Shown here: in pieces, positions 61,100-64,000 of the stretch
Layout: each line of letters begins with the position of its first letter
Position numbering within the stretch: the first letter of the stretch is position 1
Source of the DNA: Calditrichia bacterium
Lineage (GTDB): Bacteria; Calditrichota; Calditrichia; JAJRVZ01
DNA length: 64,000 bases
Assembly (NCBI GenBank): GCA_963796965.1
Contig: CAWCNS010000007.1
Coordinates: 544,001-608,000 of the forward strand
Reading direction: 5' to 3'
Notes under the pieces: generated by a model
What the model saw: the letters and a program-made list of their open reading frames with translations, nothing else
Told to the model about the DNA's origin: nothing
Databases searched by the model: none
Made by a program: the position numbers and the translations under genes

Positions 61100-64000
61100 C
61101 TATTTTGAAAGCGTGCATTCAATTGTAACCGGGCCCAATAATCCTGATGGTTCTAAGGGAATCTCATCAATGGGCCTGCCCCTGAAATCATGTTTTAAAT
61201 TTATATTCGTGGAAGTGTATTGCTTTTTATCCGGGAATGTTTGGTCACCAGCCACCCGGTTATACCACGAATTGACCACTTTAATCTCCAATATATTCTC
61301 TCCTTTTTGCAGTTCATTACTTATTTCGACTCTGAACGGTGGAGTCCAGACAATGCCTTTGTCTTTTCCATTGATTTTCACCTCTGCAATTCCAACATCT
61401 TTTACGCTTCCCAGCTGCAGAAAGTATTGTTTGTCTTTTTGAGGTTCAAAATCATGAGTGAACATCTTGGTATAAACTGCCGCTCCAGAATAGTAGTTAA
61501 TTCCTTTATCAAAATGTTGTGTCCAGTCCATGAGTTCAGGGAATAGTACTGATTCCGGTCCACCCCATTTGGGATCGAAGCTGACAATCCATTCTCCGGT
61601 AATTTCTGCCAACGTTTCAAAATTGCTGTAATTTCCAACGGCGTTTCCTTGTATGCTTTCAGCAATTATCTTGTTGAACACCACCAATACAGCACCGTAA
61701 GGCTCAAATGTTAGTGGAACGATTGTTAGTCCATCTTTTTGGGTAAAAGATTTGGCTTCGCGAATATCTCCTGATAAAGCATCCCACAATTCAGGTTGTT
61801 TGGCTGAAACACGAAACTGACACTTAATTTCTTGTCTTTTGATCGTTTGATTGGTGACAAAATAAACATCACTTTCTCCGATGGTATAATGAATGTAATC
61901 GTAATCGGTTTTGTTGTCGCTCTCTAATACGTTAAAGTCTGGGTCAACATTTATCGACATAAGATATTCTCTTGCTGTAACACCCCAGGCAAGCAATCCT
62001 TTTCCATATTTTACTTGTCCATTTTCAGCGACGCCTTTCCCCCATATTTTATCTGCCAGCTTGTGAAACTGCTTCTGTTCTCCGCCAACCAGACTAACGG
62101 AACTATTAGGCTTGTAGCCAATGACTGTTGCACCCTCTTTTAAAAGTGATGCCACTTTTTCCAAGACAGACTAGTGATACTATCTTATGGTCGGGCAAAA
62201 CCAAAAGGCGATACGCCACCCCTCCCGGAACAACAATTTTCCCATCCTTCATTTTGAGCTGCAAAAAGATAGTCTCGTCCGTTACATCATAATCAAAACC
62301 GGGCAGTACCCCTGCGGGATCGGAATGTTTAAAAGGAAATACATTGGGAACATGATCACCATAATAATAAAGAACATCAGACTACAAATTCGCCCTTTTG
62401 CACCACCATTTGAATTCGGTGCATGTAGTCGATAAAGGGGCTGGATTGTTCCCACCATGTGAGTCGGGGATTGACGTGGGTACAGGCAAAAAATTCCTGT
62501 CCGGGCAAACCCATCGACTCCGGCGAACAGGTGAAGGTGGTTAAATATACCCGGTTCAGTCCCGAACAAATCTGATAGTCGAAAGACGATTTTTGATCTA
62601 ACCACAACTCATCATTCCAATGGTGCCCGATGCCTGAAAAAGATTCAGCCCCTACTATTTTTTTACCATAGATATGTGCAGCTGATGCGCCTTGTTTCAA
62701 AAAGAATCGTTGGACAGGCGCAGGCCGGTGATCTGAGGGAGCCCAGAATTCACTCATCACAACATCGCTAAATCCATAATTTTTTATCCCATCAAAAGAT
62801 CCGGCATGAGGACCGGCCGATTCAGGATTTATACGCATGTTGTATTTATGGGCATAGGCCTGAAAGTGTTTATAATGGTTATGGGCAACCAACTCGCCTA
62901 AAGTTTTTCTAAAATCAGACAAAAAAGCGTTGGACCTGTTTATATCATCGATCACATAACCGGCAACTATTGGCAAATAGTTTACGATATCATAGCCCCG
63001 GTAGTTTTTAAACTCTTCGGCAAGATTATCTGTCCAGTTCATCCCCCGGCACTCCCAACTATCTGTTCCCAGGTCTTTAAGTGTCGTACCGGTATGTCTG
63101 CCTGCTGCTTTAAAAATAGGATCTAATACATTATTCCAATAAAAATCAAAAGCTTCTTTACTTAAATAATCGAGCACAAGCCCCTGCCAATTATCACTTG
63201 CTGTAGATACCCGGGCCCCTGAGCAGGTATAGCCTATTCGCAGTATACACCAATTTCCATCCGGAGCATCCCAAACCAGTTTACCTTCTTCATCCAACTT
63301 TGCAGTCAAATCAATGACATCATCCTTTTTAATGATATAGGTATTTTTTTCTTCTTTCTTTTTCTTATCTCTGGGAATATTGGTCAGCAAAAATCGGGTA
63401 TCGGGTGCGGAACCGCCAAGTTCATGATACGCCAGTTTTAAATCCAAATCAGAAATTACTTTAGTGGTTTTATTCTGTTCATATAAGGGAATTGCCAATA
63501 CGGCTATGTCCTTATAAAAGTCATTTTGAATTGGGGGTAATTTCAACTCACGCGCTATTTTTTTACCTCCTGATATTTTTGTTTCGGAATACGTAAGCTG
63601 TTTGGCTGCATATTGTGGCGTTATGGTTGGACCTCCCAAATTCCAGCCGCTCTGAATATTAAGTCCCATCTCCAGACCAAGTCGTTTTGCTTCATCCAGG
63701 GCAAAAACAAATAGCGCGATCCATTCATCTGAGCCAAATTGAGGACCTAAAGGAACATCCTTGTTGCCTCTTTGATTATGTCCTCCCCCATCATAAACAA
63801 CCGCTCCCTGGAAATTTCTTGATTTCATCGCTTCCAAATCACGCGTAATAGCTTCTTTGGTTACATTGCTATTCAGCCACCACCACCAACAATTAAGTCC
63901 ATAAGTTGATGGTGGGTTTTTGAAATTCTCTTTTAGATAGGCGTAATCTACATGAGTACTTTCCTGTTGGCTGATACTGCCGTTGCACTTTAACAGTAAA
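61100..64000 (-). CDS. GH106 alpha-L-rhamnosidase-like glycoside hydrolase; 5' end outside window, frameshifts at about 62170-62380
   Basis: F.NPP...WWWWLN.NVTKE.ITRDLEAM, DSWE, EFW, ASAAHIYG, AESF, NG...G..W.PP, N.W.NR, SGLLGPV. Confidence 0.82.

Noticed and set aside
1..64000. rRNA, tRNA (including selC) and prophage genes
   Set aside because: None recognised in the window

Overview
AT-rich bacterial chromosomal window. A T9SS-type C-terminal sorting domain, outer-membrane barrels and the overall gene content suggest an FCB/Calditrichota-like Gram-negative organism (inference only). In order it holds: cydA(partial)-cydB-cydD-cydC and an octaheme c-type cytochrome (Otr-like); a long co-oriented metal/Fe-S/redox cluster headed by a DUF134 regulator with twin palindromic operators (NifB/NifX-like x2, ferredoxin-MinD ATPases x2, DUF89, Mrp and others) that ends in a signal-peptide-bearing selenocysteine peroxiredoxin; a metal-uptake operon preceded by a CxxC...RAPP leader ORF; a GlmU-like/GHMP kinase fusion; carbohydrate-utilisation genes; a PadR/ABC permease pair; a propeller histidine kinase with its NarL regulator; a decayed integron-like attC cassette cluster with a toxin-antitoxin pair and a deleted IS1182; and a partial GH106-like gene. 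Many intergenic gaps are filled with a modular family of nested palindromic repeats. About 16 genes are split by small indels, most likely uncorrected long-read errors. All calls come from motif reading; no database searches were run.
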